Below, in pieces: positions 14,047-27,035 of a stretch of 64,000 bases of DNA. The notes beneath the pieces were generated by a model. The model did not search any database. It was not told where the DNA came from and was given only the letters and a program-made list of their open reading frames with translations. Positions within the stretch are counted from its first letter, which is position 1; each line of letters begins with the position of its first letter. Where the stretch lies: NCBI GenBank assembly GCA_964016885.1, contig OZ024756.1:40362001-40426000 (forward strand), written 5' to 3'. A program made the translations under genes and the position numbers. This DNA is from Eledone cirrhosa. Its lineage: Eukaryota.

Positions 14047-14323
14047 TCAAGCTATTATGCTTTTAAGCACTCTCCTCCGATACTAATTAAGTCACCTAGG
14101 TAACAGAAGTTATCAACCACTTCTATGGATACCATATTCTTGTCCACATCTCCGAATGAACAGTCAGTTTAAAAGTGCCTCTTCCATTATAGTGGTGGCC
14201 ATTACTGGACCTCAAAAACAATGGTAGCACATACATGTTAACTGCATAAAACTTTGTTTATACTATATATATATACACACATATACATATATATATATAT
14301 ATACATACACACACACACATTAT

Positions 14324-14467
<144 letters not shown>

Positions 14468-14739
14468 AAAAAGAAAGACAGAGAGGAATATTTTTCACAT
14501 ATACAGAAATGTATTTTTCATTTAAAGATGTTTACAGTTACATAATGAAAAAAATCAGCCAAAACATATTTCTGTGTATATAGGTATTTTTACTCTCTCA
14601 CTACTTACCTATCTTTCCATCTCCGACTCTCTCTTTCTCTCATATACACTCCACCCCTTTCTCTACTTCAATATCTCCACCTCTCACACTACACCACCCT
14701 CACCTCTTACACCATCCATTATTACGAAATTTACTACAT

Positions 14740-14808
<69 letters not shown>

Positions 14809-15042
14809 AAGAGGATCCGTCCCACCCTTGCAAACAGGGAAAAGCGGATGTAAAATGATGATGATGATATATCAATATATATATATAAATGTATGTTTAT
14901 TAAAATAACAGATAATAAATATTTGCTCTACGGTTCTTATATATTTGATATATATTTATCCTTATCGAGCCCTCTTTGGATTTTAGTCTTCAAATTTATT
15001 ATTATTACTATATATATATATATATATTGATGTGTACGCCTG

Positions 15043-15080
15043 CTGGTGAGGGTCCAATAAGATCCGAAAATCGATTAAAG
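15043..15080 (+). ncRNA. Degenerate hammerhead motif
   Basis: CTGGTGA-GGGTC-CAATAA-GATCC-GAAA-ATCGAT-TA; helix III palindrome AATCGATT; core A6 mutated and stem I lost. Confidence 0.5.
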
Positions 15081-17184
15081 ATGTTTATCATTTTTTTCAA
15101 TTTACAGGCAAATTCGTATTTTCTGGCATGTTTACATGTCTACAAATTAGATATGTGTCTATATTTATACACGTTGGTGCAGTCTCGGTTACACACTCTG
15201 TATTTATACAGATATAACTATATCACACATATATATAGGCGATAAAGAGATAAAAATGTATATATAGAGGAGGGGGAGAATGAGAGTGAAAAATAGAGCG
15301 AGAGAGTGATAGATGATGAAGGTTAGAGAGAGTGAGAGTTAGAGAAAGAGTGTTCTCTGAACGATGAAGGGGAACCGAGGGGGGGGGGGAGAAAACAGAA
15401 TGAGAAAGACGTAGAAAAACGAGAGAAGGAAAGAAAGAGAGAATATAAGTGAAAAGAAGGGAGACAAACGAAGAAAATCGAGAGAGAGAGAGAATTAAGA
15501 TTTGGAAAAAACAAGACTACAGAAAAATGTTGAGATGTGTGTGTGTGTGTCTGTACTACTATGGTTATATGTATGTGTGTTCGAAGCTGTCTGTGTGTGT
15601 GTGTATGTGGCTTTGTGCGTAGCTGTGAGGCTGAGTGTGCGTGAAGCTCTCTCTCTGTGTGAGTGGTTGTGTGTGTGTGTGTGAAGCTGTATGAAGAAAA
15701 ATTAGGGAACATGAAAGTAACGAGAGAATCAGTAATAAGATAGAGAGATGGAGATAGGGAGCGGTAAAAAGATAGACAGATAAAAAGATGGATAGATTGA
15801 GGGAGTTGTAGAGAGATAAAAATAGATAGATGTATAAAGAGAGAGGAGAGTAGAAAGTGATGTTTAATAAATATGGAAGATATTTTATTTGTATCCGTGT
15901 TTAACGAAGAAAGGTTTTTCCCCCCATAATTTCCCCAGTGAAGCTCGTCTACTTCCCTTCTTCCACATAACATATATTACGTCTGTGCAGTCCCTCATCC
16001 AGGATTTAGGAGGGTTTTTGTGTCTGTGTGTGTGATGAGGGGAAAACGAACCAAACACTGAATGAAAGAAAAGCTGGGTCTATCTACCCTCTCTCTCTGT
16101 CTGTTTATCTATCTATTTATCGATCTCGCTCTCCCTCTTTTTATTTATCGATCTGTCTATCAATCAATCAATCAATCTCTCTCTCTCTATATATATATAT
16201 TATATGAGTCTAACTATATATCTATCTATTTTTCTAAACATAACACTTTTCTTTCTTGTGCCTCCTCAAATTATTTACCTCTTCGCACACGCACACAATT
16301 ATATATTTGTATGCGTATATATATATATATACTCTCCCGTCGTCTGTCTGTCCCTCTTTTTCAATCAGACATTATAATGAGATCAAGGGGAGACAACTTC
16401 AGTATTTTATGAAATCTATAATTGGACTACAATTATTTATTTGTCTGTTTAATAATTTAAGTTCCTTTGTATTGTTGAACGATCTTACATTTCACAAACT
16501 CTTCTTTCTTTTACCTCTTTACTTACCTACCTTATCTATTTATCTTTCACACATTCTCCCCGCTCCCTCTTTGTATATATATACATATAATAATTCTTTC
16601 TCTTCTGTTCCTACCTCTCCAATAGTGAGTGTATCTTTATGAAATTATGAGAGGGAATTGAATTACCCAGACACGCTTTATGCTTGAAAAGCCTATAGTT
16701 AAGTCAAAGCTAACGTACTTATTCTTAATATCTATGCAAATATGTCGCCCACCAATAAAAGATTTACCTCCAAATGTGAAATATTTCTCTCCGCTTCACA
16801 ACAAGCTAACATACTCCCCACCACACCGCTCACCTCTCCTTTTATATCTCAATTTTTTAGTTACCAGTCTATATCTAACGTTCCATCTATTGTCTGTATT
16901 CATACCGACGTCTATATTGATTCATGTACATACACACATACACCAACGCATGCATCGATTTACGTTTACTTACGTGCGTAAATAACAAAACGAACACACA
17001 TAAACACAACACGCACATGTGTATACATGAAAATATATCTGAATATGTACGTAGCTAAAAATGAAACTAGCGGTAAGAAAGTAAAGAAATAACTAATCTT
17101 TGAATTCTTGGAACATTTAAACCGTTTTTGGTACCAAACCGCCTGAAACCTATCATAGAAAACTTCTTCGCCCACTTAGTCCTC

Positions 17185-18385
17185 GGTTTAGGGCCGTCAA
17201 ATACTCCCCCCAGCAGGTCCTTTCAGAAGCAACCATCTCCAACTGAATTCTCAAGTGAGACTAGCTGAGCTCATGGATGTTATGCATCTAGCTCAGGGTC
17301 TCCTGCCAGTAAAATCTGTACAGCAATTCTTTTCTGAGATATTCTAACCCCATGCCCGTAATATCAGAGCTGTGATCTCTAAATTCAGAGTGGCTCTCTG
17401 AGCTCAGAGCTATGAACTCTAGAGTAACCTTACCCCATTTTGGCCACTTGTATTCTTCGGGTCATTACTCTAGGTAGAGTTGGCACGAATGCTGAATTGA
17501 AGATAGCGAATTTGGCTTTTACACATACCTCCCTTCTTCTGAAGCTGGCACATTACTACATTAGCTCCTGCCTCCCATAACTAGTGAACACGGCCCCAAG
17601 ATACTTGAACTTCTCCATCTGCTTCAGTGGAACTCCATTCACACGTAGAGAGGACGAGTCTCAGTTTTTGCAGCACTTGGCATCAAACCTATCAAGTGCA
17701 AGTTGTAGTTCACCTTCTGAGGAATTAAGTAACATTATGTCTGCAAATTCCAGACGACTGATCTTACACCTGCCAGTCGTGATACCACTTCCAACACGGC
17801 TGCTCATGTCAATCCTGTTCATGTAAATAATAAACAGGAGAGGTGACTCCTTGGTGGAGTCCGGCTCTCACATTGAATGGCTTTGATTTAGCACCATTTA
17901 TAAGAACATAACTACTCGGGCATTTGTATAGACATCAGGGCAGCAAGAAGCTGACCATCAATCCCATACTCCTGCAGAACCTTCCACAGCAGGTCCCAAG
18001 GAACGCGGTCATATGTCTTTTTGAAGTCTACAAAGCAAGAATACACTGTACTGGTCTCCTAAACCCGATCACAACAGCATCTTTTGATGTATACAGGGTG
18101 TATCTGGGAGTAGTGTTTAATCTCTTGGAGGCTGAGATCACAAAAGCAATAAAAGAACTCAAATGTGGCAGGGCCGCTGGGGAGGATGAAATACAATCTG
18201 AGCTGTTAAAAGCCTTAAATAGAAAAAGGTATTTTCTGGTTGACTCGTGTGTCGGGTGGCCTGGATCTCAGGAAAGGCACCTAAGCAATGACAATCGGAA
18301 TCAATAATCCCAATTTTCAAAAGGGGATACAAGAGAGATTGCTCCATATTAAGGCTCCCTGGTAAAGTCTATGCTAAATGATACA
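17185..18385. mobile_element. Cluster of decayed RTE LINE fragments on both strands
   Basis: Minus-strand RT remnants (FVDFKKTYDRVPW, FKYLG); plus strand EITKAIKELKCGRAAGEDEIQSELLK and PIFKRGYK. Confidence 0.75.
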
Positions 18386-18519
18386 ACACTGTTTATTTTT
18401 AAATGTTTATGTTCATCTAAAAACGTTCCATCACAAAGTTATGTTCCAAGTACCAACTTAAAAATATATTTTCAAAATTATTTGAAATTGATAGGAAGTA
18501 ACATTCTTTAGAAAAATGA

Positions 18520-19435
18520 TAACGAAAGGATTAAGTTTTGTTTTAGTGAGGTGAAATCCAACATTTCGTAGTACACGTGCTTATGAAAAGGATGTAAAAC
18601 AAGGAACAAAAGGACTTCTCTTATGAACAAGTTTTACAGACAACCTCAGTTACTGATGACAGAGACCTTATCATCCTTGCAGGCAACTTCGATGGACACG
18701 TTGGACAGCACAAGGAAGGTTATACCAGTGTCAGTGACAATAGCTCAATAAATGGAATTCTGTGATGCAAATGAATTCTTTGTATCACTAACTTCAAGAA
18801 ACCAATCAGCCACCTGATCACCTACCAATCAGTCAAACACAAAACAGACAGACTTTTTACTCATTAAAAAATGTGACAGGCAGATGATATTGAACACTAA
18901 GTCCATCCCTGGATGCTTTCCAATCCCAGGAAGGCTTCATAGAAGTAGTTGATAGCTTTTTTTAGCTAGGCTGTACTGGGAGCGTAATAGCAAAAGGTTT
19001 CTCCCTGCAAAAGAAAAGGCAGCTGTATGATGCCTGTGTACAAAGTGCAATGTTGCATGGTAGTGAAACATGGGCAGTGAATGCAGATGATATGCGATGA
19101 TTGGAGATTTGGGACAAGCATGCTTCGATGGATGTGCAATGTAAATAAGCAGAGAGAGGCTGGATATAAGAAGAATCACATGCAGTGTGCAGGAGAGAAG
19201 ACTGCGCTGGTATGGACTTGTGATGCGTATGTATGATGACTGTTGGGTAAAGAATTGCCAAGAAATCACAGTGGAAGAAAGCCACAGTAGAGGAAGACAT
19301 CATGAGAGCTGATTTCAAATCACTGAAGCTTTGTAGGAACGCAACATGTAAAGAGATGCTGTGCTGGAAAAAACCCATCCACCTTCCAACCCATGCAAGT
19401 GTGGAAAGATGGATGTAAAGCGGTGACGATGGGGA
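18520..19435 (+). mobile_element. Decayed RTE LINE (endonuclease remnant and RT C-terminus)
   Basis: IILAGNFDGHVG endonuclease-like motif; RQLYDACVQSAMLHGSETWA; RRLRWYGLV; RTE tail. Confidence 0.75.
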
Positions 19436-19630
19436 TATATATCCATATGTACATAACACACACACACTCTATAGAAGATGGCACAAAGAAATAGATTTCT
19501 CTTTGATGCTGGTGTTCTGCTGCATGCATGTATCAACACACACAAAAAGAAAAAGCACAATACCAACAAAACAACCTCAGTTTACATATATATATATTTT
19601 AAAATATTTATCAGTTCTGTACACTTTGTT

Positions 19631-22414
19631 TTACATAGTTTCAGATTTCACTATTAAAGGAAGTTGTGTGTTGTTTGGCTGATCATTACAGTTATTTGTT
19701 ACAGAAGAAATACACTTAGACTTTGTTTCCACAATGTTCTCTTCAAGTTTGTGTTGTTGCTGTTGGCTCTTCAGACAGTTTAAAGCTGCTTTCATGCTGA
19801 CCACAGCATCACTAGTGACAGTAACTTCATTGCTATCACTTCCTTTCTTATCATCATCGGCATCATAACTAGTTTTCACAGTATTTGGCAGTGGATTTGC
19901 AAAACAAGTGCTGATATGTTTATTGTATTGGGAGACTGTGAAAGAACTGTTGCAGTTAGTGCACTCGCACATTTTGCTGTCGACATAGTATTGCATGTGA
20001 TGAGATATGTCTGTGTATTGAGGGTCCAAATTCTCGGAAGTGACAGAGACTTCCTGATTGGTGGTGGCGTTGTCTGTTGAAGCCATCATTTCATTTATCA
20101 AAGACATGTTAGAATAGGCATCAGACTCTTCCAACAATGCCGTGTATGTGTAATCTTGTTGCAACTCAGAATGTGTGCGCATGTGTTTGTTGACATGTGA
20201 TGCTTGAGAAAAAGGTTTGTTACAAATATTACAGCGATACGGTTTTTCACCTGTGTGTGTACGGAAATGACGTGTTAGATTACCCGACTCGGTAAAAGCC
20301 TTCTTGCAAATTTCACATTTGAATGGCTTGTCTTCCAAATGGATACGTTTGTGCTTATTGAGTACACATGACTGAAAAAATGACTTGTCACACACATCGC
20401 ACTGGTAGGGACGGGAGCCAGAGTGGATATGCATATGTCTCGCTAGAGAACCAGATTCTGTAAAAGCTTTACCACAAACATGGCAGTGATGCTGTTGTTT
20501 TACTTGTGAGTGGCTTTTCAAATGTTTTGTTAAATCAGGTGAAAGTCTAAACGTGGCTTGGCAAAGGTGACACTGGTGGGATTTGTCTGCTGTGTGTGTA
20601 TTCATATGTTTCTGCAGGTGTGTTGCTTGAGAGAAAGCTTTGTTGCAGACACTACATTTATATGGCCGCTCTCCGGAGTGTATTCTCATGTGGCGAGAGA
20701 GATTGCTGGACTCTGTGAATGCCTTACCACAAATTTTACAGTTGTAAGGTTTCAATTTCAAATGAATTTTACTGTGTCTGGTAAGGAAGCAATATTGAGA
20801 AAACGTTTTCTCACAAATGTGACATTCAAAAACAGATGAGGATTTTGCTGTGTTTAGAATCTCTGGCACCAATCCTAATTCCGGAGCCAAATTACTGTTT
20901 AGATATTGCTGAGCAAGAGGTTCTTCTATCATCATCTGGTTTACAGAATCTTCACTGCTGCCATTAGTTGGATCAGCTTGGAGGGATGTTATATCATATT
21001 CTGGGGGTAATATAATTGGTTTGACTGGTTCCTCTAAGTCTTTCGACTCCTCTAAAGCCATTGCAGTCACCACAGCTGTTTCTTCAATATTATCAGGGTT
21101 AAGTATAGCAATCTTTGGCTGTTCTTCAGCGCCTAAACCAGAATGAATCTTGACATGCTCGTACAAGCTCTCAAAATCTGAGAAACCTTTTGGACAAAGC
21201 TCACAATGAAATGGTTTGTCAGGATTGTGAGTTTTCATGTGTTTATGAACATGTGAAGCCTGTGAAAACGACTTATAACAGATACTACAATGAAAGGGCC
21301 TCTCCCCCGTGTGGGTCCTGAAATGGCGAGTCAAATTTCCCGATTCTTTGAATACTTTTTCACAGATTGCACACTTATAGCAGAGTTTTCCAGAAAGTGA
21401 ATAAATTTTGATGACATTTGATGAAACTTGGCGCCGCCGTCCAGGACGTCCATTAGGTTTAGGAGCACCGTTATTGCTAGTTTTCATACGGTTCTTGGTG
21501 TTATGTGCTTTAGTTTTAAACTGCTTCATTTTAAAATGGGTGCTCTTATGTTTTACTACATGAGATAACTGTGAGAAAGGTTTCTCACAGATATCACATT
21601 TAAACGGTCTCTCTCCTGAATGAATCCTCATGTGACGACGAAGATTACCAGATTCAGTAAAAGCCTTATTACAAATATAACACTGAAATGGCCTTTCCCC
21701 AGAATGGACCCGTTTATGTGTGGTGAGGTTACTGGACTGTGAGAAACCCTTGTGACAGATGTTGCATCTGAAAACCTTGCCACTAGCATTATTGTTCTCA
21801 TACTTTGGGAAATTGACAGGTTCAGTTATATTTTTACTGTAAATATCACACTTAAAGGACTTATCTTTCGTGTGAGATTTTGTATGGTTGGCAAGGACAG
21901 AGGCTTTAGGGAAACTCTTTAGACATATTTTACATTTAAAAGGTTTGGAGCGGGAAACATTCCCATTTGTATTTTTTCTGGAGGAAGTTGAGGTCTTAAA
22001 ACATTCATTAACCATATTACTACCTGATACAAACTGGTGCCGTTTTCTGGCCAAAGGGGGATTTTTACAGCAAGGGCTTTGTTTTGATCCTCGGTTGTTT
22101 AATATGACATTACAACAGTTATTAGGTTTATTTGGCCGAGTACACTCCATAAGACAGGGACTCGGTTGTGTGGGAAGATGGCTCAAAGGCAAGCTTGGAT
22201 GATCATAAGACTCATTGCAAAGGTTGCAGTTGACAGTGCTATCTCGGCACTTCTCCAGTTTAACGTGTTTGGTCAACGCTGACAGTTTGGAAAAACCTTT
22301 CATGCAGATACCACATTTGTAAGGGCTGATATCTGAAGAGGATTTCTTAGTCTGCTTGTACGAAGAATTACAGCAAACTTGGCAGTTCTCCGATTGCTCA
22401 TTCATCTTTTTCAT
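19631..22414 (-). CDS. Multi-C2H2 zinc-finger protein, 927 aa, single coding exon; 15 canonical fingers in groups of 1+3+3+8 plus C2HC-like motifs near both ends
   Basis: Uninterrupted 2.8-kb ORF with repeated CxxC-x12-HxxxH and (S/T)GE(R/K)P(F/Y) linkers; ATG at 22414; polypyrimidine acceptor T14-CAG at 22569-22585; no KRAB/BTB/SCAN domain recognisable. Confidence 0.96.
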   Translation of the reverse strand: MKKMNEQSENCQVCCNSSYKQTKKSSSDISPYKCGICMKGFSKLSALTKHVKLEKCRDSTVNCNLCNESYDHPSLPLSHLPTQPSPCLMECTRPNKPNNCCNVILNNRGSKQSPCCKNPPLARKRHQFVSGSNMVNECFKTSTSSRKNTNGNVSRSKPFKCKICLKSFPKASVLANHTKSHTKDKSFKCDIYSKNITEPVNFPKYENNNASGKVFRCNICHKGFSQSSNLTTHKRVHSGERPFQCYICNKAFTESGNLRRHMRIHSGERPFKCDICEKPFSQLSHVVKHKSTHFKMKQFKTKAHNTKNRMKTSNNGAPKPNGRPGRRRQVSSNVIKIYSLSGKLCYKCAICEKVFKESGNLTRHFRTHTGERPFHCSICYKSFSQASHVHKHMKTHNPDKPFHCELCPKGFSDFESLYEHVKIHSGLGAEEQPKIAILNPDNIEETAVVTAMALEESKDLEEPVKPIILPPEYDITSLQADPTNGSSEDSVNQMMIEEPLAQQYLNSNLAPELGLVPEILNTAKSSSVFECHICEKTFSQYCFLTRHSKIHLKLKPYNCKICGKAFTESSNLSRHMRIHSGERPYKCSVCNKAFSQATHLQKHMNTHTADKSHQCHLCQATFRLSPDLTKHLKSHSQVKQQHHCHVCGKAFTESGSLARHMHIHSGSRPYQCDVCDKSFFQSCVLNKHKRIHLEDKPFKCEICKKAFTESGNLTRHFRTHTGEKPYRCNICNKPFSQASHVNKHMRTHSELQQDYTYTALLEESDAYSNMSLINEMMASTDNATTNQEVSVTSENLDPQYTDISHHMQYYVDSKMCECTNCNSSFTVSQYNKHISTCFANPLPNTVKTSYDADDDKKGSDSNEVTVTSDAVVSMKAALNCLKSQQQQHKLEENIVETKSKCISSVTNNCNDQPNNTQLPLIVKSETM

Positions 22415-22568
22415 ATAAAATTGAACAGAGATTCAGAGAAGGGAGTTACTTTCTGTCGTCTATTGGAATATTACCAGTCGTTATAGGCCACATGGAAAGA
22501 AGGTTAGTCTAGCGAGAGACATGTTGAAAACTCAAACAGTTCCTTTTTTCCTGATGGAAGGAAGGATT
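22415..22568 (-). other. 5'UTR part of the ZNF coding exon, starting at a splice acceptor
   Basis: Minus strand GTGTTTTTTTTTTTTTTCAG|AATCC at 22569/22568. Confidence 0.7.
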
Positions 22569-22604
22569 CTGAAAAAAAAAAAAAACACAAATATGAATAA
22601 AATT

Positions 22605-22695
22605 AATTGTTTCTACGTTAGGCACAAGGCCAGCAATTACCCAGTGTATTACTGGTACTTTATTTTATCGACCCCGTAAGGATGACAGGCAAATA
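22605..22695 (-). mobile_element. SINE fragment
   Basis: CTGGTACTTTATTTTATCGACCCCGTAAGGATGA core. Confidence 0.7.
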
Positions 22696-22799
22696 TGAAT
22701 AAAATTAATATCACATTAATAAGAAAAATATAATTTTGTGGGAACTGTCAAATCACTGAACTAGGGAGGTGATAATCAATAACAGGCTGGAAAAAGTTT

Positions 22800-23155
22800 A
22801 GGGGTTACCATCTCTGCTGACAACAAAGGGATTTCCTCTATCAGTGTACAAGAGACAGAGCTGGTATGGGCATTTGATATACTGGGTAGAAGAGGAATTA
22901 CTTGTAGGGTGCAGGAGAGGGAACTGTGGTAGTATAGACATAGACGTGTGGTACATGTGGATAATGAACAGTGGGTGAAGAAGTCCTTGGAAATGCCAGA
23001 GGAAGGAAGCTATAGTAGAGGAAGACCTGGGCAGAGGAGGTGAGAGCTTATATCAAAACACTGAACCTGATAGAGGAGATGAATGAATGGTACAAGTAGG
23101 AGGGAGGCTGTGCTGGAAAGGACCTGTCCAACCCATGCAAGCATGATGATGATAT
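22800..23155 (+). mobile_element. Decayed RTE 3' fragments with (GAT)n tail
   Basis: GAGA..CTGGTATGGGCAT, AGAGGAAGACC, CCCATGCAAGCATGATGATGAT. Confidence 0.6.
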
Positions 23156-23204
23156 TTCAGTGTTCAATACCAGATTCCTAACACTAGTAGATACATTGGT
23201 ATCC

Positions 23205-23395
23205 CACCCTAGCCACAATACTGGGGTACTTAGTCCCTAGTCCCCAGACACAATACTAGGGTACCCAATCCCTAGATATGATACTGGAGTCCCTAGACCC
23301 TAGACACAATACTGGGGTACCTAGTCCCTAGACACGATACTGGGGTACCCAGTCCCTAGACACAACACTGGGATCCCTAGTCCCTAGATACCGAT
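23205..23395. repeat. ~28-bp minisatellite CCTAGACACAATACTGGGGTACCCAGTC
   Basis: About 6 imperfect copies. Confidence 0.8.
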
Positions 23396-23781
23396 ACCCG
23401 GAGCTAAACACACACACACACACGTGTGTGTGTGTGTATAACACAAGTAAGAAGTAACTATAAAGTTGTATCAAATATGTACAGACTCAGAGGTATATAG
23501 ATTTACACACATATATATATATATACGTATATACACACACATGAATATATATACGTATATACACACACTGTATATATATTCTTTCATATTTATATTTTTA
23601 ATAATAATATATAAGAAACAAAATGTAGAGTTACTTGAAGAGAAATTGTGATTGAGAAGATTTAAGTTGAATGAGGTGTTTATACAGAAATATAGTGAGG
23701 AGACGTTCAAAGGTTGGAAGATATGTTGTAATCTTAACACAGAACATAAAATAAATTAAGATGAGACAAGTTTCTTTCTAC

Positions 23782-23818
<37 letters not shown>

Positions 23819-24172
23819 TTTAAGCAAAGAATCGCTGCTTTCACCTGCTGTTATTCTAATAAATATTTGCTCTAGGGTTCTTATATATATATATATATAT
23901 TGTTATGCTTTGGGAGGGTCATGTTGCCAATAAGAAACACAGGCACCAGTTGCTTTCACTCCAATTTATTATAACAATATCGGTTTCAACACACGTTTTC
24001 AGATAAAGAATCTTGCTAAACAAATTCAGAAACGATATATATATATATATATTTAATTATATAATAAACAAAACAATATAATTATTCCATTACAGAAATG
24101 TCCAGCCCGATCATCAGATGACATATATATGTATGTATATATATACATACACACACTTGTGTACTTAGTAAG

Positions 24173-24228
24173 TTTTTCTGACGACTGAAGACAGATACCT
24201 CTGTCTTCAAGAAACCACTGGTAAATGA
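24173..24228 (+). ncRNA. Hammerhead ribozyme motif (family H4)
   Basis: TT-CTGACGA-C-TGAAGACAGA-TACC-TCTGTCTTCA-A-GAAA-CCACTGG-TA-AA; perfect 10-bp stem II, helix III ACCA-C-TGGT, GUA site; 3' part repeated directly at 24351-24402 after (TA)n. Confidence 0.65.
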
Positions 24229-24534
24229 AATAATTATTTTACGTTGTTTATTACATAACTAATAAGCTCTGTAGCCTACATAGAGCACTCTTTTTTCCTG
24301 TACCTTTCCGACGGAAATACTTCATATATATATATATATATATATATATAAGAAACCACTGGTAAATGAAATAATTGCCTTATGTTGTTTATTACATAAC
24401 TATATATATATATATATTTATTATGAAATACTGTTGGCTTCACGCTCACAACAATTTCTATACTTTAATTTATATATATTTATATATATAAAGTAAGTCT
24501 GAATGGTTTGTTTTTAATATTCTTTCGATATCCC

Positions 24535-24715
24535 AATAACAATTTCTTTCTAATTTTAGACAGGAAGCCAGCAATGTGTATGGGGAGGAATTGATTATAT
24601 CGACCCCAATACGTGACTGGTACTTTATTTTATCGACCAAAGAAGGATGAAAAACAAAGTTGATCTCAGCAGGATTTGAACTCAGAATGTAAAGAGTTTG
24701 GGGACTCATAAGACA
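24535..24715 (-). mobile_element. tRNA-type SINE copy
   Basis: Reverse of TTCTGAGTTCAAATCC (B-box-like) and GTCGATAAAATAAAGTACCAG. Confidence 0.75.
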
Positions 24716-25899
24716 AAGATATTTCAACTACAATACTTCAATGTTAGGTGTAAAGTTTGTTGTTGTTATTGTTGCAGACGTTGTAATCAAGGATATTCCA
24801 GCTATTGCTATTATATATATCGTTATTATTTTTATTTTATTAAACATCGTGATTCTAAGACCTCATTCTTCTCCAACGCGTTTTTAACACAAAACAAAAC
24901 CCCACGGAGTTAGCTTTGACTGTTATTTCTTGCATTTCTGTCAATCACCTAGAGGTGTTTGGTTGGTTGTCCCATCTTAAAGTCACAACTAAAATATATC
25001 AACTAGAGACAACATTCTCGAGTTTACAGAGAAAAACAACGACCTTAAAAACCACTAACCAGTATTATTATTATTATTGTGTACCCCCCAATCATGTACC
25101 TGTGTTTGTTAGTAAATGGTTTGTTTAGAAATGGAGTGTGTCAGAGAAATAGGGCAAATTTGGTGAAAGGACACAAGAGAGAGAGAGAGATGGAATGGTT
25201 CAAAGGTATGGAGTTAGTTCTACCGAGAGAGAGATGGAATGGTTTAGAGGTATAGAGGAGTTAGATGGAGAGAAAGAGAGAGAAACTAAAAGCTAGTTTA
25301 TGTATTTGCTTCCATTTACCTCAATAAAGCTTCAAAATTCTTCTTTTAAATTCTCTCTCCCTCTCCGTCTCTCTCTTCCTTTGTCTAATTCAACATCACT
25401 TCCTTTTGTTTCCACATTTCTTCTCCTGCATCTTTCTCTTTGTCTCTGATAAGTCTCTGTCTCTCTTTCCCGCCCGTTCTCTTTTTCCCTCTTAACGATA
25501 TCTTTTCACACACTCATGCTCTCTCTCTCTCTTTCACACACACACTATCTTTCTCTCACATACAAGCTCTCTCTCTCTCTTTCACATACTCTTCCTCCCC
25601 CTCGCTCGCACACACACGACCCTTGTACCTTTCTAACATGCCACCCCACCACCGGTTATATTATTCTGTTGTCAATATTTTTTTTTTCATTTTAAACTCA
25701 TTGTCTCTCTCACACATCCCTCTCTCTTTCTCTTTCACACCTCTCTCCTTTTCTTTCTCCACTTAAATCTGTTTTTACTTTAGACATTTCATCTCTTCTG
25801 TGTAATCTTTATTCCTTCTCTCTTTCTCTCCTCCATCTATATCCAACTTAACCACTGCCAGTCATGTCCCGTCCCCCACCAACAAGCATGTACACACAG

Positions 25900-25930
<31 letters not shown>

Positions 25931-25953
25931 CATATAAAACAATAATTACTCAC

Positions 25954-26500
25954 GTGGCTATAACACAGCAACATTACAACAACAGACAATCGGCTTCTTC
26001 CCTCTTTTCTTGTCGCAGTCATCATTCTTGATTAATCCAAACTCCACGCTATTATTTTTCATAAACAAACCATCGATGTGTCTTTTCCCCCAATTATATA
26101 ACCGCCAACATCAGAAATTAGAAAGAAAGCTGGCAAAGCAGCTCCGTTTTCTAAACATCGTCCATTTCGTGTTTTATCTTTCTGACTGCAGACTCGTAAT
26201 TCTTTCATTCCAATCGATCGCTTTCGTATTTGAATTCCTGATTCCTTCTGTCTGTTTGTTTTGTTTTTCCTTCTTTGACAGTTATAAAAAATAATGTAAG
26301 ACTGCAGCAGTAAATAAATAGCAAAAAAAAACCCTCAAAATATTCTCTGTGTCTCTCTCTATATCTATTTAGTCTCCTCACCAGCTTCTACATTATCTCT
26401 TTCTCTTACAAATAACGATTATCTCCCTTGTTTACGGTCAATTTCCGCTTTTCTCCGTCATTTGCCGGCAATTCTCGCCATAACACAACATGCTTTTACA
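25954..26500 (-). other. Candidate non-coding first exon/promoter of the ZNF gene
   Basis: Minus-strand donor CAC|GTGAGT at 25954/25953; unique, CpG-containing sequence upstream; 5' boundary unknown. Confidence 0.4.
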
Positions 26501-26869
26501 TTTTGAAATTTCGTCTCTTGTAATCAATCTTTATTCAGTTATTTATTACAACGACATCTCATATTGTGTTTTTACTGAATTTTTGTTTCTTGTCTTAGCC
26601 GACATCGTTCCCATTATCGAAGTTGTACGTATGTACTACACATTTAATAAGAGTTTACACGACGTGTAAAAATATATCAAATATACAATAAACTACATGA
26701 CCCACCTCCGATTCCTCACATTCACTGACATTCTATGTTCAGGACTCAATAAACGATTCAAGTTATATACATACACACGCAAATACACATACACTCAAAC
26801 GTATACTACGCACACATACATACACAGACACATGTACATACATACACAGGCACAGATATACATACACAG

Positions 26870-27035
26870 ACGCAATATGACATGTCACAGACAATATGAC
26901 GTCACTGAAAGACAATATGACATATCACAGACAATGTGACGTCACAGACACACTTTGACGTCACACAGACATAATATGACGTGTCAGAGACACAATATGA
27001 CATGTCACAGACTTAATATGAGATGTCACAGAGGT
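26870..27035. repeat. ~20-bp minisatellite GACGTCACAGACACAATAT
   Basis: About 8 imperfect copies. Confidence 0.75.

Noticed and set aside
20558-22202. Plus-strand ORFs 20558-20839 and 21888-22202
   Set aside because: Antisense shadows of the zinc-finger CDS
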